This document shows, piece after piece, positions 32,647-46,070 of a stretch of DNA of 64,000 nt. The notes under the pieces are model-generated. The model saw only the letters and a list, made by a program, of their open reading frames with translations, ran no database searches and had not been told where the DNA came from. Numbering within the stretch: the first letter of the stretch is position 1; every line of letters begins with the position of its first letter. The DNA is taken from NCBI RefSeq assembly GCF_902713615.1, contig NW_024055676.1:744877-808876 (forward strand). The letters run 5' to 3'. The position numbers and the translations under genes were made by a program. The stretch comes from Scyliorhinus canicula (lineage: Eukaryota).

Positions 32647-35005
32647 ATATAGAAACATGAAAAGGGAGAGCAGGAAGAGGCCATTTGGCCCTTTGCGCCT
32701 GATCTGCCATTCATTATGATCATGGCTTATCATCCAACTCGATAGCTTAATCCCGCTTTCCCCTCCATATCCTGTGACCCCCTTCACCTTCAGTGCAATA
32801 TCTAACTGCTTCTTGCAAACAAATAATGTATTGGCCTTAAAGTTTTCCTGTGGTAACAAATTCCACGGGCTCACCACTCTCTGGTTGAAGAAATTTCTCC
32901 TCATCTCTGTCTAAATGGTCTCCCCCGTATCCTCAGATTGCGACCTCTGGTTCTGTACACTCCCACCATCGGGAAAATCTTTCCTGCATCTACCTTGTTA
33001 TGTCCTGTTCGAATATTATAGGTCTCTATGAGATCCCCCTCATTCTTCTGAACTCCAGCGAATACAAACCTAACTGATTCAATCTCTCATTCGTCAGTCC
33101 CACCATCCCAGGAATCAGTCTGGTAAACACTCGCTGCACTCCCTCTAGAGCAAGAACATCCTTCCTCAGATAAGGAGACCAAAATTGCACACAATATTCC
33201 AGGTACAGCCTCGCCACGGCCCTGTGTAATAATAGCAAGATATTCCTGCTCCTGTACTCGAATCCGCTCGCAATGAAGGCTAGCATACCACTTGCCTTCT
33301 TTACCGCCTGCTGTAGCTGCATGCTTACCTTCAGTGACTGGTGTACAAGGACACCCAGGTCTCGTTGCACATTCCCCGCCTCTCCTAATCTATGGCCGTT
33401 CAGATAATAGTCTGCCTTCTCATTTTTGGTACCAATGTGGATAACCTCGCATTTCTCCAAATTATACTGCATCTGCCATTCATTTGCCCACTCACTCAAC
33501 TTGTCCAAATCACACTGAAGGATCTCTGCATCCTCCTCACAGCTCACCCTCCCAAGCAACTTGTGTGATCTGTGAATTTGGAGATATTGCATTTTGTTCC
33601 CACATCTAAGTTGTTAATATATAAGTGGCGCAGCTGCCTCATGGTGCTGAGGATCAGGGTTCAATCATGCCTGGGTCACTGTGTGCAGTCAAGTTCTCGA
33701 TTTTGCGTGGGTCTCACCCCCATAACCCCAAAGATGTGCAGTGGAGGGGAACTGGCCATGCTAAATTACCACTTCATTGCAAAAATAGAATTGGTTACTT
33801 TAAATTTGAAAAGAAAAATCATTTATATATTTTGTGAATATCTGGGCCCAAGCACCGATCCCAGCGGTATCACACTAGCCACTGCCTGCCAATTTGAAAA
33901 AGATCCATTAATTCCTCCTCTTTGTTTCCTGTCTGCCAGTCAGTTTTTTATCCATGTCAAGAGACGACCCCTAATCCCATGTGCTTTCATTTTACACACT
34001 AATATCTTATGCAGGAATAAGTCGAAAGCTATCTGAAAGTCCAAATATACCACATCCACTGGCTCTCCTTCGTCAACTCTACCAGTTACACACTTGAAGA
34101 ATTCCAGTAGGTTTGTCAAGCATGATTTCCCCTTCATAAATCCATGCTGGCTCTGTCCGATCCTGCCACTGGTTTCGAAGTGCTTTGCTGTAAAATCTTT
34201 GATAATGGATTCTAAAATTTGCCCCACTGCCGATGTCAGGCTTACTGGTCTATAATTTCCTGTTTTGTCTCGAGCTCCCTATTTAAATAGTGGAGTTACA
34301 TAAGCCACCCTCCAATGTGCAGGAATTGTTCCAGAGTCTATAGAATCCTGGAAGATGACCACCAATGCTTCCACTATTTCTAGAACCACTTCCTTAAGTA
34401 CTTTGGGATTCAGATTATCAGGCCCTGGGGATTTATCAGCCTCCAATCCCATCAATTTCCCCAACACAATTTCTCGAATATTGATCTCCTTCAGTTCCTT
34501 CCTCTCACTAAATCCTGCGTTCCCCAACATTTCTAGCATCTAATTTGTGAAGCCAGAAGCAAAGTATGTATTTATTTGCTCACCCATTTCTTTGTTCCCT
34601 CTTATACATTCCCCTGTTTCTGACTGTAAGAAACCTACATTTGTCTTCACCAATCTTTTTCTCTTCACATACCGACAGAAACTTATACAATCAGCCTAAT
34701 TTCCTGTTTTATGCCATTCCCAACATCACCACTGCAGTTTGGGGGTCTATATACGATGCCCACTAATGTTTTTTGCCCCTTGGTGTTTCTCAGCTCTACC
34801 CATACAGATTCCACATTGTTGGAGCTAATATCCTTCCTCACTATTGCATTAATTTCCTCTTTAACCAGCACTGCCACTCCACTGCCTTTTCCTTTTTGTC
34901 TGTCCTTCCTAAATACTGAATATATTCAGTTCCCATCCCTGGTCATCCTGCAGCCATGTCTCCAGAATCCCGATTATCTCACACCCGTTTACATCTATTT
35001 ACACA
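32647..35005 (-). mobile_element. CR1-clade LINE, internally deleted, inserted into the ZNF coding exon, with a nested SINE at about 33625-33830
   Basis: APE fragment (VWVELRNTKGQKTLVGIVYRPP), RT fragments (KSPGPDNLNPKVLKE; KGKSCLTNLLEFF; DVVYLDFQIAFD; LEYCVQFWSP) and a 3' UTR tail. Confidence 0.92.
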
Positions 35006-35006
35006 A

Positions 35007-35138
35007 TTCACTCGGTTATGCCGTCTGCAGTCACACCAGGGAGTTCACACTGGGGAGAGGCCGTTCACCTGCTCTCAATGTGCGAAGGGATTTTGTAATT
35101 CATCGCACTTTCTGAGACACCAACAAGTTCACAACTGA
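35007..35138 (+). pseudogene. Detached last fingers of the 31766 ZNF gene
   Basis: [43 protein letters not shown] resumes exactly where the finger was broken at 32646. Confidence 0.85.
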
Positions 35139-35369
35139 TTACAAGGATTGGTTTCTGCTGTTATTGTTTCTGTTCTCAATTACATCCAGGACTGCATTTT
35201 GTTCATTCTGTTGGTCAATGGGGATGGTCAGAGGGTTTCTTTCTGCTGGACTGGCCGGTCTCATGGCTTCTCCCCCAGTGGGCTGATTCTCTCTGAGCCT
35301 TCTTGCGAATATCTGGTTGCACATTTCACATGGATCAAAGAGTGAAAGGGAGTTTGGAGGTTCATAGAT

Positions 35370-35697
35370 CATGGAATTTACAGTGCTGAAGAAGTCCATT
35401 CAGCCCATCGAGTGTGCACCGGCCCTTGGAAAGAGCATCCCAACCAAGCCCGCACCTCCACCCTATCCCAGTAACCCCACTTAATCTTTTTTGGACACTA
35501 AGGGCAATTTAGCATGGCCAATCCACCTAACCCGCACATCATTGGACTGTGGGAGGAAACTGGAGCACCCAGAGGAAACCCACGCACACTCGGGGAGATC
35601 GTGCAGACTCCACACAGACAGTGACCCAAGCCGGGAATCGAACCTGGTACCCTGGAGCTGAGAAGCAGCTGTGCTAACCACTATGCTACCATGCTGT
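35370..35697 (-). mobile_element. Near-full-length HE1/V-SINE-like SINE
   Basis: Reverse complement of the same head, core and tail as 25200-25545. Confidence 0.88.
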
Positions 35698-38688
35698 TCA
35701 GGTTAGAAGATATTTCATTACCATTTCTGTTTTGAAATCCCCCAAATCATGCCACATTGCCATGAAGATGGGCTATGGTGGTTACATGGTTCTTTTGTTT
35801 AATTTGTCTTGGTGCTTCTCACAGAAGTATGAGGGGGAAGTTGTCTGAGGTGCACTGGGAAACTACATTACAGAGTATGGTGGGAGACAGGCAATCACTA
35901 ATATTTATGGAATTATTACAGATTTACATGGGAATCGGTTCGCTCAGTTGACTGGATGGCTGGTTTGTGCTGAGTGACACGAACAGCACAGGTTAAATTC
36001 CCATAGCGGCTGAGGTTAGCCATGGTCTGTCAGTATTTGTGCTCCACATGACCCTCCACCCACCCCTCTATATTCCACCCCCCCCCACCCCACCATCAGC
36101 ATCTCCCTCTATTCCTTTCTCTCTCATGTATGTATCTAGCTTTACGTTCAATGGATTAATGCTGTTCACCTCAACCACTCGCTGTGGGAGTGAGTTGCAC
36201 ATTCTCACCACTCGCTGGTAAAGAGGTTTCTGCTGAAATTCCTATTGGATTATTGAATTCCTTCATAATCTGAAAGACTTCCTCCAGGTCACCCATCAGT
36301 CTTCTCCTTTCCAGAAAAAAGCAGCCCCAGACTTTCCTGGGTGTTAAATGCTCTCAGTTCTGTATATTATGAATCTTTGTTGCACCTTATCCAGTGCCTC
36401 TATTTCCTTTATCGAAATGGAGATCACCAATGTTGACAGTGTTCCCAGTGTAGTCTAACCCCGGTTCTAAACAAGCTGAACATTTCCTCCGTGCTTTTCA
36501 ATTCTATCTCTCTAGAATGGAACCCTATATATAATTGCCCCACACTTTGGGAAAGATGTGAAGTTCTCAGAGACGGTGTCGAGAACATTTACGAGAATGG
36601 TACCAGAGACTCCAATTAGTTGGAGTGACTGGAGCAACTAAATTTCACTCCTGAGATCCCAGCCTCTGGAGGGTGAGGAATGGGGCCATTCAGCCCTTTG
36701 GGACCGTGTCGGCTCCCTGTGGAGGAAGCCAGTCTGTCCATTGCCCCGTTCTATCCCCAAATCCCTGTGAGTTTATTTCTCTCAATGCCTGTCCAATTTC
36801 CTATTGAAATCATTCCATCATCTCTGCATCTCCAACCCTCATAGGCGATAGGTTGTTACCACTCCCTTTACATGTACACAAGGCTGTTCGAGCACAGAGG
36901 AGTCTATTTGGCCCATTTTTCCTATGCCAGCACTTTGTACAGCGACCCATTTAATCCCAGAGTTCGGCTATTTTGTTTTCTTTTTCAGAATGCATCAAAT
37001 TCCCTTTTGGAAATTGCATTCCAATGAGATTCCAGCACCAATTATCGACAGTGCATTCCAAATCACAAAAACTCGCTGTTTTACAACAAATAATTGTGCA
37101 TATGGTGTGTGTGAATTTTCACAGAGTATTCAAAATGGTGTCAATGACGTGGGTATTACACAAAATTAAGACTCAATCTTTATCAATGATTCTGGTGAGG
37201 ACACCGAGTGTAATATATGCGGACAATTGGAATAAATGTACATTTCTATAAAACCTCTCGACCACTGAACCTCCTAAAGTGTTTTAAAGCCAATGGAGTA
37301 CTTTTGAATTGAAACATATTCACTGTTGTAATGTAGGAAGCTGTAAGTACGTATGTGTAACTACATTTAGTTTTGAAATTGTTATTTTCATAGTGTATTC
37401 CCTGTCATTAGTAACATGGTCAAGGAAGCCCTTTTATACCTCGAACATGCAGCTTCCTGCAGCCATTTCACCTTCTGTACCTTTTCTGTATTAACCACAT
37501 TGATTTCACAGCAAAAAACAATAATTAAATTTATGATTATTCAGTAGTGAACATAGATTATCATACATGAATTGGTGTGTGAGGTAGTTATCTTGTAAAG
37601 ACTAGTTCTTTATTTTAAAAAGTAACACTTCCAACCAAAATGTTTCCAGAAACTGCAGAGCTATCAGAATTTGTTTGAAAAAATAAATTACTTTATAATT
37701 TTGAGAAGTTACAAGACATCATATTTTGCCAAGACTATGTGGGCTGGGCAGAGGTGTAATGGTATTGTTACTGGGCTAGTAATCCAGAGACCCAGGTTAA
37801 TGCTCTGGGGATCTGGGATCGAATCTGCCTATGACAGTTTTTTGAAATTGAATAAAAGTCTCAAATTCAAAGTCTAATGTTGACATTGTTGATCGTTGTA
37901 AAAACCCGTCTGGTTCACTAATGTCCTTTATGAAATCTGCTCTCCTTTGTGGCCTGGTCTACACGTGACTCCAGATCCACAGCAATGTTGTGGTTGATTT
38001 GTAAGTCTCCTTAAATAGCCTCACAAGACACGCAGTTGAAGGGCATTGGAATGAACAGTAAATGCTGGTCCAGTCAGTGACGCCCACCTCCCATGAATGA
38101 ATAATTTTTAAGAAGGTTCATTGTTCAATCTGAAGACTAGTAAGAAACTGTCTCTTTGATTGGATTTGATTAATTGTCACGTGTATCGAGGTACAGTGAA
38201 AAATATTGTTCTACATTTCCAGACAGATTGCTCCATACATGAAAAAATATAGGACATACAATAAACATACAATGTAAATACATAGACACAGACAGCGGGT
38301 GAAGCATATGGATTATAGTACTACTCAGAAAAGAACCAGTGTATCTTGTATTAACCAAATGTATTAATTAAAAATTAGTGTATTAATTAGTTTGTAACAT
38401 GATTAAATAAGTAGTGATCCTTAATTGAGTGACAATTAATGAAACTTTTTTTTTATTCATTGGACATTAGCGTCGCAGGCTGTGCCAGCATTTATCACCC
38501 ATTCTTATCGATTCCAGGCTTGGGTCACTGTCTGTGCGGATTCTGCACTTTCTCCCCATGTCTGCATCCCCACGTAGACATGGGGAGAAGGTGTAACCTC
38601 CAAACCGACAGCCACCCAAGGTTGAAATTGAACCTGAGTCCCTGGCACTGTGAGACAACAGTGGTAACCACTGTGCCACGCTAACAGT

Positions 38689-38779
38689 TGACACTGGTGA
38701 GATTTGAACCCACAACCTTTGAATCCCTTACTTGCCATTAAGTAGAAGTCCAACACACTATCCATTGTGCTACAGAGTC
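38689..38779 (-). tRNA. tRNA-Arg(TCT) with an 18-nt intron, probably a pseudogene
   Basis: GACTCTGTAGCACAATGGATAGTGTGTTGGACT-TCT-A [CTTAATGGCAAGTAAGGG, 38725-38742] ATTCAAAGGTTGTGGGTTCAAATCTCACCAGTGTCA. CpG-type decay and an acceptor T-T mismatch. Confidence 0.85.
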
Positions 38780-40519
38780 ATACATATCCTTTAATCCCTT
38801 TAGCCCCAAGAGCTGTATCAATCTCCTTCTTCAAATTGTACACTGTATTGGCCTCAACGACTTTCTGTGGTAATGAATTCCACAGGCTCATCACTCTCTG
38901 GGTGAAAACATTTCTCCTCACCTCAGTCTTAAAAGTTTTACCCCTTATCCCCAAGCTATGACACCCAAGTTCTGGACTTCCCACCATTGGGAACATTCTT
39001 TATGAATCTACTCTGTCCACTCCTGTTAGAATTTTATACGTTTCTTTGAGATCTTCTCATTAAAAAAGAGATAGAGAAGCAGAATTAGGCCATTCAGCCC
39101 ATCGAGTTTGCTCTGCCATTCGATCATGGCTGATATGTTTCTCATCCCCTTTCTCCTGCCTTCTCCCCATAACACCTGAGCCTCTTATTAATCAAGAACC
39201 GATATATCTCTGTCTTAAAAAGACTGACGGGCATGGCCTGGTGCCACATGGCCATCAATTAATTTCCTTTCCCCCTAGAGAAATCAAGGACTTGACACAG
39301 TGTGTTTGAGACAAAGCTGATTTATTTCACAAACAACAAGATATTAAACACTAGCCCAGCTCAGTTACAGGGAATCGAAATAAACCCCAATTGTCAGATT
39401 GACGATGGTTCAGTTCTGGGTGTGATTAGCAGTGGCAGTAACAGCAGAATCAACACTTTTCAGATGAACAGAGGGTAAATATAAATTGGTTTGACAGTTC
39501 AGGAATCATCAGTGGCATCTTATGATATGGAGAAATTAGCTCAACAATTCTATGAACTAAAATTTAGTCTGGCCTGGTGTCACCAAGCTGAAATCCAGTC
39601 TTTCTCTGACACATTATTCTTAATGACATAGCTGACAGGTTAAGAGTGAAAAAGTCAACTGTTGAGCAGTACGGGGAAGAGGCAGGTTTGTAGATGTTCT
39701 ACAGTGTTACAAACTGGATCGTTGGATCTTATTCTGTCCCATCTTACATTCAGCTGACAGTAAAATGACTAAAATACTGCAACATACAGGCATTTGGGGA
39801 CAACGGTGAGATTGCTGCTCAGATTAGTTAAAGTCTCCATATTGTAAAATAGATCTAGAAGGACTGGAGAAGATGCAGGAAAATATATTTGAATTATGCC
39901 TGGACTGGCAGGTTACATCCAGTAAGAAAGATTGGATAGGGCATAACTTTTTCTTTGGAAAAGGGAATGAAGGATGACCTGATCCTGTAAGACTATGAAC
40001 AGGTTTGATATGATAGACAAGTGGAAGATGTTTCCACTGAATAAGAATAAATATGAGTTAGTGATTGATTAATCTAATGTGCAGTTCAGAGGGAGATCAC
40101 TCACACACTTCACATGTGCAAAGGAATTTCCTCAGTTTTCCCACTGGTTAACACTCCAACTTTAAAAGCCCAGACAATTTGATCCAATTGCAGCACTTTG
40201 CTATGGATGAGGGGTAGTTTAACTGTTCTGTCCAGGAAGACAAAAATCACTGTTCACCTGAACCTGCTCAGACCCCAACCCGTTAACAACTCACTGTCCG
40301 TGTTTGGCCTGTTGTCAATCACACCCAGGACAGACTCTGGTGGAAGGGCCTGTGCTCTTTAGTTGCTGTATTAATTTATTTAATACATTTGTTCCCTTGC
40401 CCAACGGTACCAATTGTAATCGGTTGGCAAAGCATAATTTTTATCATCAATATCTATTTCAATGGCAGAATTAGTACCCAACATGCATTGTGGCCGAGAA
40501 TGTGCTCTATCCACATTAC

Positions 40520-40860
40520 AGAAGATCCCCACACATGCGCAGAGTCCGGCGCATGTGCAGTTCAGGTTGTCGCTGACGGTGCGAGGAGCGGGATAGAAAC
40601 AATCGAGCGACTTTCAGGATTGGAGCCAGTGGGTGGCCGGGGAGCAATAGAAGCTGCGGAGTGAGCCGGGAGGCTACATAAATACCCCATGGAGGCTTCA
40701 ACTGTCGAGTAAAATGTTAACGGTCCCGTCTTAAACAGCACCGAACAGAGTGAGAGCTGAGTGGTGACAGGCCCGGGTTACCGGCCGCCATCTTTACAGA
40801 GTACAAGGTGCCGCAGGGCGCATGCGCTGAGAGCCTGGAATGGATACCAACTCTCCCGGA
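40520..40860. promoter_or_regulatory. Second CpG-rich ZNF promoter
   Basis: ACATGCGCAG, GGCGCATGTGCAG, GGCCGCCATCTTT 40783-40795 and GCGCATGCGC 40818-40827, in the same order as at 26.4 kb. Confidence 0.65.
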
Positions 40861-41633
40861 TTGACTGACTGGAGTCTCGGGATTTTATTTTGTTTGGAGC
40901 CACTGGCTGGGCCAACATTTATTGCCCATCCCTAATTTCCCTGGAACTGAATGGCTTTCAAGACCATCTCAGAGGGCATTTAAAGAGTCAACCACATTGC
41001 TCTGGTTTGGAATCGTGTCGGCCAGACCAGGTAAGGATGGCTGATTTTCTTTTCTATTCATTCACGGGATGTGGGTGTCGCTGGCTGGGCCAGCATTCAC
41101 TGCCCAGCCCTAATTGCCCTTGAACTGAGTGTATCTCAGAGCATTTTAAGAGTCAACCAGATGACTGTGTATCTAGAGTCACATGTGCATAGAACATATA
41201 GTGCAGAAGGAGGCCATTCGGCCCATCGAGTCTGCGCCAACCCATTTAAGCCCTCACTTCCACCCTATCCCCGTAACACAATAACCCCATCCGAACCGTT
41301 TTTGGTCACTAAGGGCAATTTGTCATGGCCAATTTTTTATTCATTTTCATTTAATTTCATTTCATTTGAATCCACCTAACCTGCACGTCTTTGGCCTTTG
41401 GATGTCGGCCAGACCAGGTAAGGATGGAAGATTTCCCTCACTGAAGGACATGAGTGAACCAGATGGGTCTTTGCAACAACCAACAATGGTTTCAGGGTCT
41501 TCAGTAGACTTTAAATTAATTCAAATTTAACCTTCTGTCTTGGTGAGATTCATGCCTGTGTGGCTGGGAAATCATTAGGACAGTAAAGAAGATTTTAATG
41601 TAATTTTCTTTGAACATTTCTCTTCAGCGGATA

Positions 41634-41639
<6 letters not shown>

Positions 41640-41664
<25 letters not shown>

Positions 41665-41873
41665 ATTAGCCAATTATTTTTTCCAATTAAGGGGCAATTT
41701 TAGCGTGGCCAATCCACCTACTCTGCACATTTTTGGGTTGTGGGGGCGAAACCCACGCAGACACGGGGAGAACGTGCAAACTCCACACGGACAGTGACCC
41801 AGAGCCGGGATCGAACCTGGGACCTCAGCGCCGTGAGGCGGTTGTGCTAACCACTAGGCCACCGTGCTGCCCT
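41640..41873 (-). mobile_element. Young short SINE with poly(A) tail
   Basis: GGCAGCACGGTGGCCTAGTGGTTAGCAC head on -, GGTTCGATCCCGG B-box and a long T-run on +. Confidence 0.88.
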
Positions 41874-42129
41874 TCTTCAGCGGATATAAAAAAAAAAAAA
41901 AATTGAAAATGGGATAAAAGTTGATTGGCTGACAGTCAATCACTGTCCTGTAAGGTAATGAGTCCTTTTGCTTCCCATTTGGCCGAGGAAGGCAGTGTGT
42001 CACAAGGATGGATGTGTTCACCGATTAATGGCTGGAGGATGGGGGCAGGTCATGTGATCAAACCTCCAGGAATACATTTAATCAAAGTTGGCGAGGAGAG
42101 AATGTTGTGAATTTCTATCCTAAACTGAC

Positions 42130-42350
42130 AGTGAGGTTTCTGTAAATTTACAGGATACTGGAAGAGGAGGTTTAACAGACGGGAACGCAAACCAAACGTC
42201 ACATCGCAATCTGACAGAGTCACTCGATTCATCAGAACCTGAACATCAGCAGCATCTGGGTGTGGAAGGTAAAAGGTTTGTCTGTTCTGTCTGTGAGGGA
42301 AGACTTCAGGTCTCAGTGTGACTGGAAAAGCCCCGAGATTCACAAACCCT
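42130..42350 (+). pseudogene. Truncated ZNF 5' exon relic followed by CR1 fragments (to about 43320)
   Basis: Homologous to 31380-31580 (ttacag|GATACTGGAAGAGGAGG...GTCACTCGATTC...GTGTGACTGGAAAAGC). Confidence 0.65.
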
Positions 42351-44046
42351 GGTTAGACCAAACCTGGAGAACTGTGTTCAGTTCTGGGCAACAAACCTGA
42401 GGAAGGATAGAATAGCCTCGGAGGGAGTGTAGCACAGATTTACCTGAGTGATATCTGAACCCGCCAGGGTTAAATTACAAAACTAGATTATACAAGAGAG
42501 TCAGCGATATGATGACACAGAGAATGGCATTCGGCCCATTGAATCCATGCTTGCTCTCTGGGGCAATCCAGTAAGTCCCATTCTCCAGCTCTATCCCTGT
42601 ATCCTCACAGGTTTATTTCCCTCAAATGTCTATCCAATTTCCTTTTGAAATCAAATGATTCATGAATTTATTTTCAAACTCCCTCATGGGCAGCAAGTAT
42701 CAAGTCATTGCCGCTCGCTGTGTAAAAACATATATCTCCTATTACCTCATATCTCCTGTACCATTTACATACAAACTAGGAACAGGCCACTCGGCCCCTC
42801 GAACCTGCTCAGCATTCCTGCCTACCCATGATAACCTTTCACCCCCTTGCTCATGAAGAATCTATCCAGCTCTGCCTTAAAAATATTGAAGGACTGCTCC
42901 CACTGCCTTTTAAGGACGTGATTTCCAAAGTCCTGCAACACTCAAGAGAATGAAAAATCCTCATCTCCATCTGAAATGGGTGACTCCTTATTTTGCAACA
43001 GTGATGCCCTATTTGTCGATTCTCCAACAAGAGGAAACGTCCTCTCCACATCCACCCTGTCAAGACCCTTCAGGATCTGATATAGTTCAATCCAGGTTTT
43101 ACCCAAAACTTTCAATCTGTGTCCCGACTGCTTGTACGATCAGTGAATGGAAACAGAGTTTCTTTGTCCACCCGATGGAAATCTGGCATAATCTTGTGGA
43201 CCTGAATCAAATCTCCCCTCAACCTCCTTTGCTGGATCCATTCTGGTAAATCTCCTCTGCACCTACTCCGTGAACCTTCACATTCTTCCTGAAGAGTGGT
43301 GACCAGACCTTTAGAAAGATTCATAGAATAGAATTAGAACCATAGAATTCCTACAGTGCAGAAGGAGGCCATTCGGCCCATCAAGTCTACACTGATTCTC
43401 TGAAAGGGCACCCTGCCTCGGCCCACACCCCTACCCTGTCCCTGTAACCCCATAGTTCCACCTAACCTGCACATCCCTGGACGCTAAGGGCAATTTATCG
43501 AGGCCAATCCACCTAACGTGCCCTTCTTTGGACTGTTGGAGGAGATCTGAGCACCGGGTGGAAACCCATGCAGACACTGGGAGAAAGTGCAAACTCCACA
43601 GAGACAGTCACCAAGATTGGATGTGAGGCAGCAGTGCTAATCACTGTGCCACCAGAAGCATAGTTTCAGTATCAGTATTTCTATTTATGAAGCTCAATGT
43701 CGAGATTGGATGCTTTGCCAACTACTCTCTTAATATGTCTTGTAAATATACAAAGTCCCTCTTCACCTCTTTCTCTCTCCTCCCAAAGAGGCCAATTGGG
43801 TTTTTATAACAATCCAGCCGTTTCCATGGTCACTTTTTCCCAGAGCCGGCCCCACAAGTAACCAGATTCATTCAGCTGAATTGAAATCTGCCTTTGTGTT
43901 TTTGTGGGTTCTCTCTCACTCCCTATTTTTAAATCAGTTTTACAGGGTGTTCGAAGGGGAGGCTTCAAAGTCCGGAAACTCAAACCAAGCATCACATCAG
44001 GATCTGACCGACCACAATTTATCCTGAATATCATAGGATTTTGAAC

Positions 44047-44997
44047 ATGGAAGGAAAAAGCATCGTTCACAGTGGGGAGAAACCGTACTTGATTTGTGTG
44101 TGTGGACGAGGATTCACTCCATCATCAGGCCTCAGAAGCCACAAATGCAGTCACACTGAGGAGAAACCGTGGAAATGTCTGGACTGTGGGAAAGGATTCA
44201 CTTCCCCATCCCAGCTGGAAACTCATCAATGCAGTCACACTGGAGAGAGACCATTCACCTGCTCAGAGTATGGGGAGGGATTCACTCAGTCATCCTCTCT
44301 GTCCACACGCCAGCGAGTTCACACGGATGAGAGACCGTTTCAATGTCCAGACTGCGGGAAGTGCTATAAACGTTCTGGGGAACTGATTCGCCATCAGCGT
44401 GTTCACACTGACGAGAGACCGTTCAGGTGCTCTCACTGTGGAACTGGGTTCAGGCAATCATCTGACCTCACTGTACATCAGCGAATTCACACTGGGGAGA
44501 GGCCATTCACCTGCTCGAAGTGTGGGAAAGGATTCACTCGATCATCTAACCTGCAGAGGCACCAACAAATTCATACTGGAGAGAGACCATTCTGCTGCTC
44601 CAAGTGTGGGAAGGGATTCATTCGATCATCTGACCTGCAGAGGCACCAGCGAATTCACACTGGGGAGAGGCCATTCGCCTCAGAGTGTGGGAAGGGATTC
44701 ATTTAGTCATCTGACCTGCTGAATCACCAGCGAGTTCACACTGATGAGAGACCTTTTCAATGTCCAGACTGCGGGAAGTGCTATAAAAGTTCTGGGGAAC
44801 TGGTGCACCATCAACGTGTTCACACTGACGAGAGACCGTTTAGGTGCTCTCACTGCGGGACTGGTTTCAGACACTCATCTCAGCTCACTGTACATCAGCG
44901 AATTCACACTGGGGAGAGGCCATTCACCTGCTGCAAGTGTGGGAAGGGATTCACCACTTCATCCCATCTCCTGAGACACCAAAAACGCCACAAGTAA
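44047..44997 (+). pseudogene. C2H2 zinc-finger gene (about 11 finger units) with an in-frame premature stop at 44704-44706
   Basis: ATG at 44047. ORFs 44041-44706 and 44803-44997 are in the same frame. Finger 8 lost a Cys codon and carries TAG, and finger 3 has C>Y and H>R. AATAAA at about 45118. Confidence 0.85.
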
Positions 44998-45199
44998 CTG
45001 CAGTGATTGGATTTTGCTGTTCCTCGCATTCAGGACTGAGCCATGTTTATTTGGGTCTCTTTCTGCTGATAACAAACTCCAGCCCATTTACAGGGGCTAA
45101 TATTCTGGCTAACAGTCAAATAAATTAGATTTGTGTTAAACGCACAGTGTTGCAACTTTTTAATATCTCTGACAAAAGTTAGTTCCTTTTGAAGTTCTC

Positions 45200-45740
45200 T
45201 CGCTCTGCCCTGTCTCTTCCATCCTCACCTCCAACAAGAAGTGTGAGGAGCTTCTTTGTGACTGAGATTGAGTAAATCTGATCAGCTGCCTCTGCTGCTT
45301 CCCTCCCTTCCACGAGCCCACCGGACCAAACTGTCTCTAAATTTCATCCTTTCCCGAGCCCTGAACCCACATCTTTCTCTAGTTTCTCTCCCATCTCCCC
45401 TCATGCCCTCTCAGAGCTCATCTTGTCCATGAGACCCAACTCCTGCTACATCGACCCTATTCCCACTGAGCTACTGATCAGCCAACTACCCTGTGTCCAT
45501 GGATATTGTCAACATTTCTCTCTCTTCAGGTACTGTCCCTCTGTCCTTCAAATCTGCCATCATCACCCCCTCCTCAACAAAACAAAGCCTTGACTCTGCC
45601 ATCCTTACAAATTACTGCCCCATCTTCAACCTCCCTCTCCTCTCCAAACTCTTTGAACATGTTGTCACCTCCCAAATCCTTGCCCATCTTTCCCAGAACT
45701 CCCATGTTTGAATCCCTTCAATCAGGTCTCTGCCCTGTCA
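45200..45740 (+). mobile_element. L2-clade LINE RT N-terminal fragment
   Basis: IVNISLSSGTVPLSFKSAIITP...LTNYCPIFNLPLLSKLFEHVV. Confidence 0.75.
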
Positions 45741-45759
45741 CAGTGAAATAAAAGAGACA

Positions 45760-46070
45760 AACAGAACCTCAGTCGGAGAGAAAGACAGACAATCCGGGAG
45801 CTTGGATCCAACACGGATATGTCCATAAGAACAGAAGACAAGGGTAGCAGCACAGTCATTATCGAGAGACAACAATACCTGCTGGAGACAGGCAGACAAC
45901 TAAACAACACCAAGCTACCTAGACCCATGTACCCGAGACAGGAAGGGGAATTAGAGACAGACTGGAAGAACTCAAGACTCCAGACACATTAACCAAAAAC
46001 AGATGGAATATCTGAGGGGACAACAGGCAGAACCAAGGAAGTTCTACCTGCTCCTTAAAATACCCAAACA
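45760..46070 (+). mobile_element. Penelope-like RT N-terminal fragment
   Basis: RQ.IRELGSNTDMSIRTEDKGSSTVIIERQQYLLETGRQLNNT...RKFYLLLKIPK, matching the PADKG and FYLLPKIHK motifs. Confidence 0.7.

Noticed and set aside
39300-39500. Minus-strand segment resembling ZNF 3' UTRs, with AATAAA
   Set aside because: The similarity was judged by eye only and no finger-coding sequence is attached.
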